From: an uncultured delta proteobacterium
GTDB lineage: Bacteria > Myxococcota > Myxococcia > Myxococcales > Myxococcaceae
Direction: 5' to 3'
NCBI GenBank assembly: GCA_963771175.1
Contig: CAVYSY010000026.1
Coordinates: 64,001 to 128,000, forward strand
DNA length: 64,000 nucleotides
How positions within the stretch are numbered: the stretch's first letter is position 1; each line of letters opens with the position of its first letter. This document shows, piece by piece, positions 53,081 through 62,857 of the stretch. Both the position numbers and the translations under genes were made by a program. The notes under the pieces were generated by a model. That model saw only the letters and a list, made by a program, of their open reading frames with translations, did not search any database and was not told the origin of the DNA.

Positions 53081-53668
53081 ATGAACCGCTTCATCGCCGT
53101 TGCTTCGTTGTTCGCCGCTGCTCAGGCGTTCGCCGCCGAGCCGTCCGCCACCGTCAAGGTGGAGCCCAAAGCCGCCTTCGAGCGGATGAAGTCGCTCGCT
53201 GGCGAGTGGAAGGGTCAGGCGGGCCATGGGGAGCAGACGTTCCCCGCGGTCGTGACGTACAAGCTCGCGTCCAACGGCTCGGTCGTCATGGAGACCCTCA
53301 TGCCGGGCACTCCGCACGAGATGATCTCCATGTACCACCTCGATGGTGGGGAGCTCGTGATGACGCACTACTGCGCCATGGGGAACCAGCCGCGGATGAA
53401 GCTGGACACCACCGCCTCCACCCAGGACGAGCTGAAGTTCGCCTTCGTGGGCGGCACGAACCTGGATCCGGCGAAGGACGGCCACATCCACGCCGGCGCG
53501 CTGAAGTTCGACGGCGCGGCGCTGCTCGCCGACTGGACCTTCTGGGCCGGTGGCAAGGAGCAGGGCCACAACAAGTTCAACCTCAAGCGCTCCAATGGCG
53601 CCGCCGTCGTTGCTCCCGCCGCGCCCGCCGCCAGGCCGGCCGCGGCGCCCCAGCCGAAGCACCACTGA
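53081..53668 (+). CDS. Secreted hypothetical protein
   Basis: Signal peptide ending AFA. KSLAGEW, SMYHLDG..L.MTHYCAMGNQPRM and GHIH motifs. Confidence 0.75.
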   Translation: MNRFIAVASLFAAAQAFAAEPSATVKVEPKAAFERMKSLAGEWKGQAGHGEQTFPAVVTYKLASNGSVVMETLMPGTPHEMISMYHLDGGELVMTHYCAMGNQPRMKLDTTASTQDELKFAFVGGTNLDPAKDGHIHAGALKFDGAALLADWTFWAGGKEQGHNKFNLKRSNGAAVVAPAAPAARPAAAPQPKHH

Positions 53669-53738
53669 CAGGCTCACCCCGTCTTCCTAGCCGCCAACCT
53701 GAAACAGCATCGGCGGCTCGGGTACGCCCTCGGGGAGC

Positions 53739-54992
53739 TCAGCCCGCGGTGTAGAGGCGGCGGTGCTCGCGGATCTCCGCGAGGCGGAACTCGCCCGGTG
53801 CCGGAGTCAGCGACTCCGGCGCGTCCGAGGGGAGACGCATGATGCGCTCGTACTCCTCAATGGAGACGCGCTCCCGCTTCGCGAGCACCGCCTCCACGTC
53901 CGTCTGGGCCATCCGCCGCGCGGCCCCCTCCCCCACCACGCCCGAGTAGAACTCCGAGCAGCAGCCGCTGCCGTAGGAGAGCAGGCCGATCCGCTTGCCG
54001 GCCAGCTCCGCGGCCTCGCCGTGCAGCAGGCCCGCGAGCGCCAGGTACAGCGAGGCGGTGTACACGTTGCCGATGCGGGAGTTGAGCCCCAGGGACGAGG
54101 CCACCTGCGCCTCGTAGCTCGCCGAGGACTTCGCCGCCTCCTCGCGCGCCGCCGGAGTGCTGGCCTGGGCGCCCGGCGCGTCCTCCAGGTCGCACAGCCG
54201 AAGCTGCGTGTGCGCCTTGCGCGCCATCTTGCAGAAGGGCACGTGGTAGAGGATGCGCGCGAGCTGCTCGCCCGGGAGCGTGTCCCCCCAGCGCACCACC
54301 TCGTGCGCCAGCGCGCGCTCGCGCCAGCCGCGGTACGCCCCCGAGAGCGCCTCCAGGTAGCAGTTGATGGAGTAGTGCCCGTCCACCACCGCCTCCCGCC
54401 GGCCGAGCGGCCGCCAGAAGTCGTACACGTCCATGGTGCAGACGCCGTTGAGCCCGATGTCCATGGCCAACAGGTCCGGCTGCTCCGAGACGAGCAGGGC
54501 CACCGCGCCGCCGCCCTGCGTCGGCTCGCCCGCGGTGTTCAGCCCGTAGCGGGCGATGTCCGAGCAGATGACGATGGCCGAGCGGCCCGCGCCCGCGCCC
54601 GAGGCAATCCACTCCACGGCCGCCATCAGCCCCGCGGTGCCGCCGTAGCACGCGTGCTGGGCGTCGAAGGTCCGCATCGACCGAGGCAGCTTCAGCATCC
54701 CCTGGACGTGCGAGGCCACCGCCTTCGAGTGGTCCACGCCCGTCTCGGTGCCCACCACCAGCATGCCCACGCGGGCCGGGTCCACCGCGTGGCGCTGGAG
54801 CAGCCGGGACGCGGCGCTCGCGGCGAGCGCGACGGAGTCCTCCCCCGGGTCCGCCACCGCCATCTCCTTCGCCCCCAGGCCCGAGGTGAACTTGGCGGGG
54901 TCCACGCCCCTCGCCCGGGCCAGGTCCTCGATATCCACGTAGCGGCGGGGCACCGCGATGGCCAGCGCTTCGATTCCAACCTGCTTCTTCAT
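53739..54992 (-). CDS. mvaS: HMG-CoA synthase
   Basis: VGTETGVDHSK, HACYGGT, EPTQGGGA, HVPF, GNVYTAS and SYGSG motifs. Confidence 0.95.
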   Translation of the reverse strand: MKKQVGIEALAIAVPRRYVDIEDLARARGVDPAKFTSGLGAKEMAVADPGEDSVALAASAASRLLQRHAVDPARVGMLVVGTETGVDHSKAVASHVQGMLKLPRSMRTFDAQHACYGGTAGLMAAVEWIASGAGAGRSAIVICSDIARYGLNTAGEPTQGGGAVALLVSEQPDLLAMDIGLNGVCTMDVYDFWRPLGRREAVVDGHYSINCYLEALSGAYRGWRERALAHEVVRWGDTLPGEQLARILYHVPFCKMARKAHTQLRLCDLEDAPGAQASTPAAREEAAKSSASYEAQVASSLGLNSRIGNVYTASLYLALAGLLHGEAAELAGKRIGLLSYGSGCCSEFYSGVVGEGAARRMAQTDVEAVLAKRERVSIEEYERIMRLPSDAPESLTPAPGEFRLAEIREHRRLYTAG

Positions 54993-55046
54993 GGGAATTC
55001 CTCGCTTCTGCTCGGGTGGGGGGAGCTGCTCGGACCGCCGATGGGC

Positions 55047-56087
55047 CTACTGTCCCTCGGGGGGCACCAGCACCAGCCGTCCCGCCACCTCGCGGTTCTC
55101 CAGCCGGAAGTGCGCCCGCGCGGCCTCGGCCAGCGGGACCGTCTCCGCTACGAAGGGGCGGATCTTCCCCTCGGCCACCAGCCGGAGCGACTCGTCCAGC
55201 TCCTCGCGCGTGGTGGCGTAGGCCCCGAGGATCTCCAGCTCCTTGACGATGACCAGACCCGGGTTGAGGTTCACCGAGCCCGTCTCCAGGTTGCCCACCA
55301 CCACCACCCGGCCGCCCGGCGCCATCGCCTTCAGCGTCTGCTCGAAGGTGGCGCTGCCGACGATCTCGATGGCCACGTTGACGCCCTCGCCTCCCGTGCG
55401 CTTGCGCGCCTCGGACGCGAAGTCCAGCCCACGCGAGACGATGACCTCGTCCGCTCCCGCCTCGCGCAGCGCCTGCACCTTGGCCTCACCGGACGTCACC
55501 GCGATGACGCGCGCCCCGTCCAGCTTCGCGAGCTGCACCGCCGCGAGTCCCACGCCTCCGCTGGCTCCGGTGATGAGCACCGTCTCGCCATCGCGCACGC
55601 GCCCCCGCGTCCTCACCGTGTGGACCGCGGTGCCCAGGGTGCAGCACACCGTGGCCGCTACCGGCCAGGGCAGCCCCTCGGGCACCCGGCCCAGCCCCGC
55701 CACGGGCGCCGTCATGTACTGCGCGTAACCGCCGGAGATCTCCTCTCCGAAGAAGCGGTTGTCCTTCTTGCACAGGCTGTTGCGACCGCTCTTGCACAGG
55801 GCGCACTCGCCGCACGAGAGCCGCTGGAGCGTGGCCACGCGATCCCCCACCTTCCACCCGGGCGTGTCCGGGCCCACCTCCACCACCTCGCCGGCGGCCT
55901 CGTGACCGAGGATGGCGGGCACGTGGGTGCGCGGCAGGTTGCCCCGGCGGTTGATGACGTCGTGGTAGCAGACGCCACAGGCGTGGACGCGGATGAGCAC
56001 CTCGCCCCGCCCCGGCTGGGGGTTGGGCATGTTCTCCATCCGCAGGTTGCTGGCCGCACCAAACTCACGCAGAACGACAGCCTTCAT
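55047..56087 (-). CDS. aibC: Zn-binding MDR reductase (3,3-dimethylacrylyl-CoA reductase)
   Basis: GVCYHD, GHE, CxxCxxC...C and GASGGVG motifs, plus its position in the aib operon. Confidence 0.88.
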   Translation of the reverse strand: MKAVVLREFGAASNLRMENMPNPQPGRGEVLIRVHACGVCYHDVINRRGNLPRTHVPAILGHEAAGEVVEVGPDTPGWKVGDRVATLQRLSCGECALCKSGRNSLCKKDNRFFGEEISGGYAQYMTAPVAGLGRVPEGLPWPVAATVCCTLGTAVHTVRTRGRVRDGETVLITGASGGVGLAAVQLAKLDGARVIAVTSGEAKVQALREAGADEVIVSRGLDFASEARKRTGGEGVNVAIEIVGSATFEQTLKAMAPGGRVVVVGNLETGSVNLNPGLVIVKELEILGAYATTREELDESLRLVAEGKIRPFVAETVPLAEAARAHFRLENREVAGRLVLVPPEGQ

Positions 56088-56118
56088 CCGAAGACTCCCT
56101 GAAAATAAAGACGGTGTG

Positions 56119-56859
56119 TCAGGCCCCCACGAGCTGGTCGCGGAGTCCTTGGGGATCGATCGCCCGGATCGCCGAGACGGTGCGCGCATCCGGGAGCGGG
56201 GTGACGGGTAGCGGCTCCTCCACCTGGAAGGGGAAGCCGGTGCGCGCGCTGATGTCCTCGAGGCTCGCCCAGGGGTGACGGGCGAGGAGCCGGGCCCCGC
56301 TGGCCCCGAGCTCGAAGATGCCGAGGTCGGAGATGAGCTTCACCGGACGCTGCTCGTCGCGCGTGGTCGCCACCTGCACCTCGGGCACGAGGTTGCGGCG
56401 CGACTGGCGCGGCACCAGCAGCACCGGCCGACGCACCCACCGCCGCAGCGTGGCCGCGCCCGCCACACCGGGGAACTTGCTCCGAGGCCGCTCCAGGCTG
56501 CCCGAGGCCGTCATGTTCGTCCGCCCCTGGGCATCCACCTCCGCGGCCCCGAAGAAGACGGTGTCCACCCTCCCCCGCCGCGCATGGTCGAAGAGATCGG
56601 GAATGGTGATCTCCGCCGAGCGTCCCTCCAGGTAGCCGAGGTCCTCGGACGAGGGCAACAGCCGGGGAATGTCCGGATCCAACGAGCCGACGCACGCCAG
56701 GTACGTCAGTCCGGGCGCGTGCGTGGCCCGGGCCACGGCGATGGCGAGGATGGCCAGCGGCGAGGCGACTCCGGTGGCAACCACGGCCCCGTCATCGATC
56801 TCCTGGGCGAGCAGCGAGACCACCACCTCGGCGGGGGTGACGGAAGACTCCGCGCTCAT
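56119..56859 (-). CDS. aibB: 3-methylglutaconyl-CoA decarboxylase subunit B (CoA-transferase fold)
   Basis: VATGVAS, FFGAAEVD..G.TN and PGVAGA motifs, plus operon order. Confidence 0.9.
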   Translation of the reverse strand: MSAESSVTPAEVVVSLLAQEIDDGAVVATGVASPLAILAIAVARATHAPGLTYLACVGSLDPDIPRLLPSSEDLGYLEGRSAEITIPDLFDHARRGRVDTVFFGAAEVDAQGRTNMTASGSLERPRSKFPGVAGAATLRRWVRRPVLLVPRQSRRNLVPEVQVATTRDEQRPVKLISDLGIFELGASGARLLARHPWASLEDISARTGFPFQVEEPLPVTPLPDARTVSAIRAIDPQGLRDQLVGA

Positions 56860-57656
56860 GCCGCACTCCGTGTCTGGAGAAGGGAGTTCAGGAACTCCGC
56901 CTCGCGCCCGGCCTCGGCCAGCGAGAGGTAGTCCGCCAGCATCGCGTCGTCGTGCGGGTACAGCCCGATGCAGCCGGTGGGGAGCGCGCCTTCTCGCGCC
57001 AGCGCGACGCGCTCCACCTGGAAGCCCGGAATCGTCACCCGAGGCAGCCGGGACACGCGCTCCTCGGCCGTCGCCAGCACCCGGCGGGCCGCTCCGGCCA
57101 CGAGCAGGTCCGTGGTGGGGTCCTCGATGAAGAGGTTGCCCCGCTCGTCCGCGGCGCGTGCGTGGATGAGCGCCACGTCCGGGTAGAAGGCCTGCTCGAC
57201 CGGCACGGACTGCCCGGTGAAGGGATCCACGACGACCTGGAGCGGCTCGGCCTGGGCCAGCTCGGACACGTCCGCGTCCGGCGCGGGCAGGAACGGCACC
57301 CCCATGGCCGCCGCGCGCAGCCGCTGGACGACGCGGTAACCGTCATGCTCGCGCCAGGAAATGCGCCCCTGCTCGATGGCCCTCTTGAGGCACGGCATCG
57401 AGCGCACCCGGCCCTCCAGGTTCAGCGCGCCGAAGGGGAACTCCACCCGCGACAGGCACCCACCCGCCACCAGGAACTCGGCGGGCAGCGGGTTGGGCAG
57501 CGAGATGAGCTTGAGGTCCTTGCGGCCTTGGGCGATCAACTCCAGCACCATCGCCATGGGCGCGCGGCCCAGCATGAAGCCCCCGGTGGCCAGCCACGCC
57601 CCGTCCGGGATGGAGGCCACCACCTCGGCCAGCGAACCCCAGCGACCGGGCTTCAT
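56856..57656 (-). CDS. aibA: 3-methylglutaconyl-CoA decarboxylase subunit A (CoA-transferase fold)
   Basis: GGFMLGRAPM, LRAAAMGVPFLP and PDVALIHARAADERGN motifs. Confidence 0.9.
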   Translation of the reverse strand: MKPGRWGSLAEVVASIPDGAWLATGGFMLGRAPMAMVLELIAQGRKDLKLISLPNPLPAEFLVAGGCLSRVEFPFGALNLEGRVRSMPCLKRAIEQGRISWREHDGYRVVQRLRAAAMGVPFLPAPDADVSELAQAEPLQVVVDPFTGQSVPVEQAFYPDVALIHARAADERGNLFIEDPTTDLLVAGAARRVLATAEERVSRLPRVTIPGFQVERVALAREGALPTGCIGLYPHDDAMLADYLSLAEAGREAEFLNSLLQTRSAA

Positions 57657-58321
57657 GACCCCTCCCCCACCGCGGCGGGAGGCACGATCGACAGCATGGG
57701 AGCACCCGTCGGGGAGGCGGCCAGCGTCGCGGGGGAGACCAATCCGGCGAAGAGCAGGTCCACCATGCCGTCAGAGACCTGCTCGGCCGAGAGCCGCCCG
57801 TCGGGCTGGAACCACTTGTAGATCCACAGCACCATGCCGAGGAACGAGAACGCGGCGACGGTGGGCTGCACGGGGCGGATGCGCCCCAGGCGCACGGCCT
57901 CGGAGAACGAGTCCTCGAGGAACCGGACGTAGCGCTTCTTGCGGCTGTCGATGAAGGCGCGGGCCTCGCCGGTGAGCGTGGCGTGCTCGTGGAGGATGAT
58001 GATGACCTCCTTGCTGCACCCGCCCGTCACCAGGTGGATGTTGAGCCGCATGCACTCGCGCAGCCGCTCGACGGGGTCGGCGATGTCCCGCACCTTCTCG
58101 AGCACCACTTCCTCGAAGGCGGACATCCCGTAGCTCATGATGTCGAAGAGGAGCTGCTCCTTGTTCTGGACGTGGTGGTAGAGCCCCGCCTTCGTCATCC
58201 GGCACGCGGCGGCGATCTCCTGCATCGAGGTGCCCTCGTAGCCGCGCTCGCAGATGAGGCGCGCCGCCGTCTCCAGGATGGCCCGGTAGCGCTCGTCGCT
58301 CTTGTGCCCCGAATGCGTCAC
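57653..58321 (-). CDS. aibR: TetR-family isovaleryl-CoA-responsive repressor
   Basis: GYEGTSMQEIAAACRMTKAGLYHH HTH. GTG 58321 has a GGAGGT RBS. First gene of the aibR-A-B-C-mvaS operon. Confidence 0.9.
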   Translation of the reverse strand: MTHSGHKSDERYRAILETAARLICERGYEGTSMQEIAAACRMTKAGLYHHVQNKEQLLFDIMSYGMSAFEEVVLEKVRDIADPVERLRECMRLNIHLVTGGCSKEVIIILHEHATLTGEARAFIDSRKKRYVRFLEDSFSEAVRLGRIRPVQPTVAAFSFLGMVLWIYKWFQPDGRLSAEQVSDGMVDLLFAGLVSPATLAASPTGAPMLSIVPPAAVGEGS

Positions 58322-58362
58322 GTGTCCTACCTCCCGGTCGGCCGCATGCCCCAAGGGCGACC

Positions 58363-58378
58363 TACCGACCGGTCGGTA
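58363..58378. promoter_or_regulatory. Predicted AibR operator
   Basis: Perfect 16-bp palindrome TACCGACCGGTCGGTA upstream of aibR. Confidence 0.8.
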
Positions 58379-58406
58379 AAGTGCCGAGACCGACGCGAGG
58401 CGTCAA
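58378..58406 (-). promoter_or_regulatory. Putative sigma70-type promoter of aib operon
   Basis: Minus strand TTGACG-N17-CACTTT, abutting the palindrome. Confidence 0.5.
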
Positions 58407-58535
58407 GGCGAAAGTCACTCGGGGAGCCGGGAAGCCCGGCGGCTTCCTCCTGCACCGAGAGGGCGGGGGCCCGCTGCATGGAGAGCACCCACATGACCAC
58501 TTTCGTCACGCCAGGGGTCTGGCAGGAGGTGGACG

Positions 58536-58889
58536 ATGGTCCTCGGAGTGAAGACGCGGCTCGTGCTGGCGGGTGCGGTGCTCGGGGCGGCGCTGATGGC
58601 GCTGGCGACGGCGGACGCGCAGATCGATCCCTCGACCGGTGCGCCCACCACACCGGGAGTGCCCCAGACGACCCCGGGGGTCTCGCCCACGCCGGGAACG
58701 ACCCCCGGAACCACTCAACCAGACCTCTCGGGACTCAATGCGGATGCGGGCCTCGGGGGCTCCGGCTCGATGATGCCCCCGTCGACCTACCCCTCGCTCT
58801 TCGGAGAGGACGCGGGATTTGGCGGCACCGGCTTCTCTCCGTACTCGCCTTTCGGGGGGTCGGATGCCGGAACCGGCCTGGGATTCTGA
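58536..58889 (+). CDS. Small secreted low-complexity protein (TTPG and DAG motifs)
   Basis: GGAGG RBS, signal peptide ending ADA, and TTPG repeats. Confidence 0.65.
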   Translation: MVLGVKTRLVLAGAVLGAALMALATADAQIDPSTGAPTTPGVPQTTPGVSPTPGTTPGTTQPDLSGLNADAGLGGSGSMMPPSTYPSLFGEDAGFGGTGFSPYSPFGGSDAGTGLGF

Positions 58890-58890
58890 G

Positions 58891-59385
58891 CTACCGGCGG
58901 CGAGGGGTCTTGCGCGTGGGACGGCGGGTCGCGGCGGGCTTCTTCTCACCGCCCTCGCGGTCCCAGGTGCCAGAGCGGCCGCCGGACTTGTGGTCCAACT
59001 GCACGCGCTCCATCACCATGCCGCGGTCCACGCTCTTGCACATGTCGTAGACCGTGAGGGCGGACGCGCAGGCCGCCGTGAGCGCCTCCATCTCCACGCC
59101 CGTGCGGTCCACCGTCCGCACCGTCGCGCGGACTTCCAGCCCGGCCTCCACCGGGGTGAGGTGGACCTCTACCCCGGAGAGAGCGATGGGATGGCACAGC
59201 GGGACGATGTCCGGGGTGCGCTTGGCCGCCATCACCCCCGCGAGGCGCGCGGCGGCCAGCACATCCCCCTTCTCCACCTTGCCCTGGAGGATGCGCTCCA
59301 GCGTCGCGGGAAGCATGCGCAGGAGCGCGGTGGCCACCGCCACGCGCTCCGTCTTCTCCTTCCCGCCCACGTCGACCATCTTCAT
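58891..59385 (-). CDS. moaC: Cyclic pyranopterin monophosphate synthase
   Basis: MVDVGGK, KGDVL, IVPLCHP, TGVEMEAL, YDMCKSVD and KSGG motifs. Confidence 0.96.
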   Translation of the reverse strand: MKMVDVGGKEKTERVAVATALLRMLPATLERILQGKVEKGDVLAAARLAGVMAAKRTPDIVPLCHPIALSGVEVHLTPVEAGLEVRATVRTVDRTGVEMEALTAACASALTVYDMCKSVDRGMVMERVQLDHKSGGRSGTWDREGGEKKPAATRRPTRKTPRRR

Positions 59386-60571
59386 CGTTTCATCGCCTCC
59401 GCGACCGCGGCGAGCAGGTCGTCCGCGATGTCATCTGGATCCTCCAGGCCCACCGAGACGCGGATGAGGCTCTCGCCGATGCCGGCGGCCTGCCGCTCCT
59501 CGGGCGTCATGCGGCGGGCGCTCGCGCTGGCCGCGTGCATCACCAGCGTGCACACGTCCCCGAGCGACGGGGCCGCCCGAGCCAGCTTCACCGCCTCCAG
59601 GAAGCGGAAGCAGTCGGGCCGGCCCGCGCCCTTGATGTCGAAGGCCACCATGCCGCCGAAGCCGCCCTCCAGCACCTGACTGCGCCACCGCGTGGTCCGG
59701 GTGGCCCGGCAGGCCCGGGTAGTGGACGCGCTCGACGAGCGGCGATCTCGGAAAGCCGCTTCGCCACGTGGGCCGCGTGCTCGCAGTGGGCCTTCATGCG
59801 CACCGGCAGCGTGCGCACCCCGCGCAGGGTGAGCCACGCCTCGAAGGGGCCCAGCACATCACCGGCGAAGAGGCGCGCGGCCCGCAGCGGCGCCATCTTC
59901 TCGCGGCTGCCGCTCACCGTGCCGCCCAGCGCGTCGCTGTGCCCGTTGAGCCACTTGGTGGTGGACTGCACGGCGTAGTCCGCGCCCAGCTCGCACGCCC
60001 GCTGTCCGTAGGGCGAGGGGAAGGTGGCATCCACCGCGAGCGCGGCGCCCACTTCCCGGCATGCCCGCGACAGGGCCCGGATGTCCGGCACGCGCAGCAG
60101 CGGGTTGGTGACGCTCTCGGCCAGCACCAGCTTGGGACGCAGGGCGACGATGCGCTCGGGCGCCGAGGCGTCGGCGAGGATGAGCGCCTCGATGCGCACC
60201 CCGGACCGCGCGGCCAGGTTCTTGAAGAGCGAGCGGGTGACGCCGTAGCCGTCCGCCGGCATCACCACCACGTCGCCGGCCTTCAGGTTCATCACCTCGA
60301 AGACGGCCCGGAGCGCGGCCATGCCGCTGGCGTAGGCCACGCAGGCCTCCGCGCCCTCCAGCGCCGCCACCGCCTCCTCCAGCAGGGCGGCGTTGGGAGC
60401 GGCGATGCGCGAGTAGACGTAGTCCTTGCCATCCAGCGCCGCGTCCAGCTCGTCGCTGCTGTCGAAGAAGCTCACCGCCGACACGTGGATGGGCGGCACC
60501 ACCGGCTGGGACTTGCTGCCCGTCAGTTGCGAGCCCGCGTGTACCGCCACCGTCTTCCGCTTGTTGCTCAT
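59382..60571 (-). CDS. PLP-dependent trans-sulfuration enzyme (Cys/Met metabolism family), indels near 3' end
   Basis: YSR...PN, ASGMAA, ESVTNP, VDATF, STTKWLNGHSD, SLGD and IRVSVGLED motifs. Confidence 0.88.
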
Positions 60572-60595
60572 GGGTGTTTGCGCGTCCCTGGTGGC

Positions 60596-61555
60596 CTACT
60601 CGCCCTCTTCGATGAGCCAGCGCTCGGCGTCGATGGCGGCCATGCAGCCGGTGCCCGCCGCGGTGATGGCCTGCCGGTAGTAGCTGTCCTGCACGTCGCC
60701 GCAGGCGAACACGCCCGGGATGTTGGTGCGGGTGCTGCCCGGCACCGTCTTGAGATAGCCGGTCTGCTGCGTCTCCAGCACGCCCTGGAAGAGGTGCGTG
60801 TTGGGCGTGTGGCCGATGGCCACGAACAGGCCCGTGGCCGCCACCAGCTTCGTGTCCCCCGTCTTCAGGTTGCGCACCACCGCGCCCGTCATCCCCTTCT
60901 CGTTGCCCACCACCTCGTCGACGGCGCTGTCCCACAGGAAGGAGATCTTCGGGTTGTTGCGAGCCCGGTCCTGCATCACCTTCGAGGCGCGCAGGGTGTC
61001 GCGCCGGTGCACGAGGGTGACGCTGTTGACGATCTTCGCCAGGTAGTTGGCCTCCTCCATGGCGGTGTCGCCGCCGCCCACCACCAGCACGTCCTGCTTC
61101 TTGAAGAAGGCGCCGTCACAGGTGGCGCAGGCGGACACACCCCGGTTCTTGTAGGTGTCCTCGCCCTTCACGCCCAGCCACTTCGCGCTCGCCCCCGTGG
61201 CGATGATGACGGTCTCCGAGTAGCAGCTCACGCTCTCGCCCTGGATGAAGAAGGGGCGCTTGGAGAAGTCCACCTTCACCACGTTCTCCATGTGGATGAC
61301 GGTGCCGAAGCGCTCGGCCTGCTTCTGGAAGCGCTCCATGAGCTCGGGGCCGGTGATGGCCTCGGGGAAGCCGGGGTAGTTCTCCACGTCGGTGGTGGTC
61401 ATCAGCTGGCCGCCGGGCACGCGCTGAGCGTCCTCGAGCGTGGGGCCACCGGAGAACATGACCGGCTCCAGGTTGGCACGCGCGGCGTAGATGGCCGCGG
61501 TGTAGCCCGCGGGCCCCGAGCCGATGATGGTCACCTTGTTGATCTTCTCCGCCAC
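60596..61555 (-). CDS. trxB: Thioredoxin reductase
   Basis: IIGSGPAGYTAAIY, VENYPGF, CATCDG, VGGGDTAMEE and ACGDV motifs. GTG start at 61555. Confidence 0.96.
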   Translation of the reverse strand: MAEKINKVTIIGSGPAGYTAAIYAARANLEPVMFSGGPTLEDAQRVPGGQLMTTTDVENYPGFPEAITGPELMERFQKQAERFGTVIHMENVVKVDFSKRPFFIQGESVSCYSETVIIATGASAKWLGVKGEDTYKNRGVSACATCDGAFFKKQDVLVVGGGDTAMEEANYLAKIVNSVTLVHRRDTLRASKVMQDRARNNPKISFLWDSAVDEVVGNEKGMTGAVVRNLKTGDTKLVAATGLFVAIGHTPNTHLFQGVLETQQTGYLKTVPGSTRTNIPGVFACGDVQDSYYRQAITAAGTGCMAAIDAERWLIEEGE

Positions 61556-61633
61556 GGGTCGTCGCTCCTGTTTCTCGAAGATGGGGCGCCACCGTACCAG
61601 AGCCCTCCGGGACGTGGTACGAACTGGCGCCAC

Positions 61634-62092
61634 ATGGATGCCTCGCTCCTCAAGAAGGTTGCGCTCTTCGAGGGCCTCACCCAGAGTCAGCTCCACCGCG
61701 TGGCGTCGATCGCCCGCCCCCGGGGCTACGAGGCAGGGGCCTGCCTGTTCCGCGAGGGAGACACCGGCCGGGAGATGTTCATCATCCTGGAGGGCAAGGT
61801 CCGCATCTCCCAGCAGGTGCCCGGGATGGGCGAGGAGGCACTCGCCATCCTGGAGAAGGGCCAGTATTTCGGGGAGATGTCGGTCATCGAGGACATCCCC
61901 CGCTCGGCGGATGCCTTCGCCCACACCTCGTGCACGCTGTGGGTCATCGAGCGCGAGCAGCTCGACCAGCTCATGTTCACCGACAAGGACCTGGCCTACG
62001 TGCTGCTGTGGACCTTCGTCCGCACCCTGTCCGAGCGACTGCGCGAGACGAACGAGAAGGTGAAGACCTTCCTGGCGCTCGCACGCTTCTGA
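61634..62092 (+). CDS. Stand-alone cyclic-nucleotide-binding domain protein
   Basis: LFREGD...MFII.EG.V and YFGEMS...PRSA motifs. 152 aa, with no HTH. Confidence 0.88.
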   Translation: MDASLLKKVALFEGLTQSQLHRVASIARPRGYEAGACLFREGDTGREMFIILEGKVRISQQVPGMGEEALAILEKGQYFGEMSVIEDIPRSADAFAHTSCTLWVIEREQLDQLMFTDKDLAYVLLWTFVRTLSERLRETNEKVKTFLALARF

Positions 62093-62106
62093 GGGCCCGC
62101 CAACCC

Positions 62107-62844
62107 TCACCGACTCGGAGCCAAGGGGATGTCCCAGGGCTGGAGTGGCTTCAGCAGCCCGGCCCGCTCCAATACTTCCGCGACCTGGTTGGCCAGCTCC
62201 ACGTGCGCGGGATTGCTCGCGGTGAAGCGCTCGGGAGTGAGGACGACGAGCGTGCCCTTGTCCTCCACCGGCTCGACGTGCACGGGGGCTGGCAGCGGCG
62301 GCACCGGGCCCCGGCGATGGGAGAAGTACATCACCCAGCCTGGGAACGTGCCCACCTTGGTGGCCTTCAGCACCTGATCGCGGTGAACATGAGAGGTCGC
62401 AATGCCCCACTCCGGATCCCAAGACAGAACCATCGCGCGAAGTATCTGGGTGAGAACAGGGGCAGACAACACTCGCTCCGCGACAGGGCCTTCCGAGGGC
62501 GGCCTGAGCACGCATGTGCTGGGAACAATCTGGGACGAAGATCCGCAGGAAAATCGGAGCGTGCTGTCGTCAGCACTGCTCTCTCCATTCCAGGCACTCA
62601 CGGAGAAGCCACCTTTAACCCCCTGAGAGTCTTCCCTGCCGAACATCTCCAGAAATGTCGTGGCATCGGGCTCGAAGCGAAGCTTCAGTGCATCCTCACG
62701 CGAGTACGCCTTTTCAAACCACTGGGTAAAGGTCGGATCGCAACGGGACAGGAGGCGGAAGAAAGATTCCGCGCGACGGGCGCATACCTCGGCCGATTCC
62801 TTCCGGCCAAGCCAGTAGCTGCCTGCATAGTAGGTCTCGCTCAT
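62107..62844 (-). CDS. Imm52-type immunity protein
   Basis: YYAGSYW..R.ES...CARR, GFS.SAWNG, W.PEWG, GWVMY and VEPVEDKGTLVVLTPERF...NP.H motifs. Lies immediately downstream of the toxin. Confidence 0.8.
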   Translation of the reverse strand: MSETYYAGSYWLGRKESAEVCARRAESFFRLLSRCDPTFTQWFEKAYSREDALKLRFEPDATTFLEMFGREDSQGVKGGFSVSAWNGESSADDSTLRFSCGSSSQIVPSTCVLRPPSEGPVAERVLSAPVLTQILRAMVLSWDPEWGIATSHVHRDQVLKATKVGTFPGWVMYFSHRRGPVPPLPAPVHVEPVEDKGTLVVLTPERFTASNPAHVELANQVAEVLERAGLLKPLQPWDIPLAPSR

Positions 62845-62857
62845 TCGGAACTCTTCC

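Noticed and set aside
53739..58321. aib-mvaS operon as a novel pathway
   Set aside because: It matches the characterised alternative isovaleryl-CoA biosynthesis operon of Myxococcus xanthus.
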